Of a stretch of DNA of 64,000 nt, positions 61,971-64,000 are shown piece by piece. The stretch's first letter is position 1, and every line of letters starts with the position of its first letter. The stretch spans positions 15,624,001-15,688,000 of the forward strand of contig JBHGNT010000017.1 in NCBI GenBank assembly GCA_043228905.1. Reading direction: 5' to 3'. Source of the stretch: Azolla caroliniana (taxonomy: Eukaryota > Plantae > Polypodiophyta). The notes under the pieces are model-generated. The model ran no database searches. It saw only the letters and a list, made by a program, of their open reading frames with translations, and was not told where the DNA came from. The position numbers and the translations under genes are program-made.

Positions 61971-64000
61971 ATGGAAACAACCTCAAATTCGGGTCCATCC
62001 AAGAACTCAACAAGTGGTGGGGGTGTCGTAAGGCGGTCTGGAATTGAACTTGCAGTATAAGGTTCCAAAAGGGATACATGAAACACCGGATGAAGACGCA
62101 TGTGCGGAGGGAGGCCAAGACGAAATGCAACATCACTTATCTTACCAGTGATCATGTAAGGGCCAAAATGTTGGTAATCCAATTTACTACAAGTCTGAGT
62201 GGTCTTGATGTTGTGATGGAGAAGCCATACATGATCACCAACGCGGAACTTTTTTGAGGAGTTTAGGCGACGACGATCCGCAAGCCTCTTGTGTGTAACT
62301 TGAGCATCATGCAAATTGTGGAGAATGGTAGCGTGAATTTCTTGGAGCCGACTAAGACGATCCTCAACAACAGGGTTGGTAGGAACGTGTGGATGCGCAT
62401 TCATCGTCCACCGGGGAATATCCTATAGAAGAATGGGTTGAGTAGTTGTAAGCGAATTCAGCCAAGTGCAAAAAATCAACCCAATCATCTTGTTGATAGT
62501 TGATGAAACAACGAAGATATTGCTCCAAAGTCTGGTTGGTACACTCAGTTTGGCCATTAGTCTCGGGATGGTAGCCCGAAGAAAGCTTAACCGAAATGTG
62601 GAGAAGTTTGAACATTTGCTTCCAAAACTTTGAGTTGAATTGTGGACCACGATCACTAATAATATCATCCGGCAGACCATGATGCTTAAATACCTCCCGC
62701 ATAACGAGCTTGACCACCTCTTGACTAGTAATAGACTTCGTACATGACAAGAAGTGTGCCATTTTGGTAAGTCGATCCACCACGGTGAGAATTGCAGTAA
62801 AACCTTTTGAAACTGGGAGATCAGTAATGAAATCTAAGGATATAGACTTCCATGGATTTTCCGGAATGGGAAGTGGTTGTAGTAAGCCATAGGGTCGGTG
62901 TCGAGGACTCTTTGATCGACAACATATATCACAGCTGCGAACATACTCCTCAACAAAATGATGAAGGCGGGGCCACCAATAGTGTCGAGAAATTAATTCT
63001 AGAATTTTGCAAACTCCTGAATGACCAGCTATTGGTGAGTCATATCAATGTTGTAAAACTTGTAGTCATGGGGGACCATCGGGAACATACAATTGGTTTT
63101 GCCAAAATAGAAAACCACCATGCCAATAGAGCTGACAATAGTCATTACGAGAGTTTTTTGACTGTGAGCAAGAAATACGATCCGGGACGATATGATCAAA
63201 AACATCCTTGGCGATTTCATCAGTGGCCATATGATCTCGAATGGAATCAAGAAGAGTGGAATCTTCAAGTGTGGTTATGGCATTAACTACCATTAATCGT
63301 AGGCAATTAGGACCTAAAAGGATTTGTTTTTTATGCTCGAATGCAGGTTCCCCTGGACGAAGTTCCATATAGAGCACCGAGAAAGAGCATCTGCTTTGCC
63401 TTGCTACATCCCAAGGCGATATATGATGACAAAGTCGAAGTGAGTCAAAAATTGCGCCCACCGAGCTTGTCGTCGACTCAAGACTCGAGCATTTTGAAAA
63501 TATGTCAAGTTCTTATGATCGTTGTAAACAATGATCTGTTGAGAAGAACCTTTTAGAAAATGTCGCCATTGTTGAAAAGAATCCACAACTACAAATAAGT
63601 TCTTTGTCATGGATCTCGTAGTTGATCTCTATAGCTTCAAACTTTCGGGAATGAAAGGCGACAAGGTGTAGCTGTCCATCATCTCCAGTCTGTGATAGGA
63701 CACTCCCTAATGCAAAATTGGATGCATCGGCTTAAAGGATGAATCGTTTTGTTGGGTCGACATGTGCTAAGATAGGTGCCGTTGTAAACGCTCATTTTAA
63801 GCTTTCGAATGCCTCAGCTGCATCTGAACTCCATATAAATGGTTGATTTTTGTGTGTGAGTTGAGTGAGCGGAAGCATGGCATTGGAATAATCTTTAATA
63901 AATTTTCGATAAAAATTTGCAAACCCTAGAAAACATTGCACATCACGCACTGAAAGGGGCGTTTGCCAGTCTAAAATTGCTTGTACCTTCATGGGTTCCA
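61970..64000 (-). pseudogene. Chromovirus pol remnant: end of RT, RNase H, integrase, start of chromodomain, inverted relative to the protease
   Basis: FLGFANFYRKFI, YNDHKNL, VDRLTKMAHF...SDRGPQF...HPETNGQTE, GPY motif, HPVFHVSLL, PEFEVVSI. Confidence 0.9.

Overview
Eukaryotic nuclear DNA from a land plant; the retroelement types suggest a seed-free plant such as a fern or bryophyte (inference). There are two intact, convergent intron-containing host genes: a cluster-I diacylglycerol kinase (DGK1/2-like, + strand, 7 coding exons, 36659-41140) and the splicing factor U2AF large subunit (U2AF65, - strand, 18 coding exons, 59475-51759). They sit among LTR retrotransposons. At 1-19.7 kb an old non-chromovirus Ty3/Gypsy element (tRNA-Trp-like PBS, 1.9-kb LTR with a 105-bp tandem array) holds a Copia that itself holds a second Copia, plus a further Copia and a solo LTR. 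A fully intact, very young Copia (25573-31023) sits inside a LINE, a decayed Copia lies at 43692-49668, and a rearranged Tcn1-like chromovirus occupies the right end. The most notable observations are: (1) a well-formed -1 frameshift cassette (GGAUUUU, 6-nt spacer, hairpin) placed after the protease of the Gypsy element; (2) three Copia copies whose Pol frame continues past an internal PPT-like motif through an extra C-terminal tail that stops inside the 3' LTR; (3) an apparent self-priming PBS and an antisense tRNA-like module in the chromovirus LTR; (4) a duplicated, stop-containing 3' splice site in U2AF65 intron 1; and (5) a two-headed tRNA-like insert in one LTR. All coordinates were read by eye and no database searches were run.
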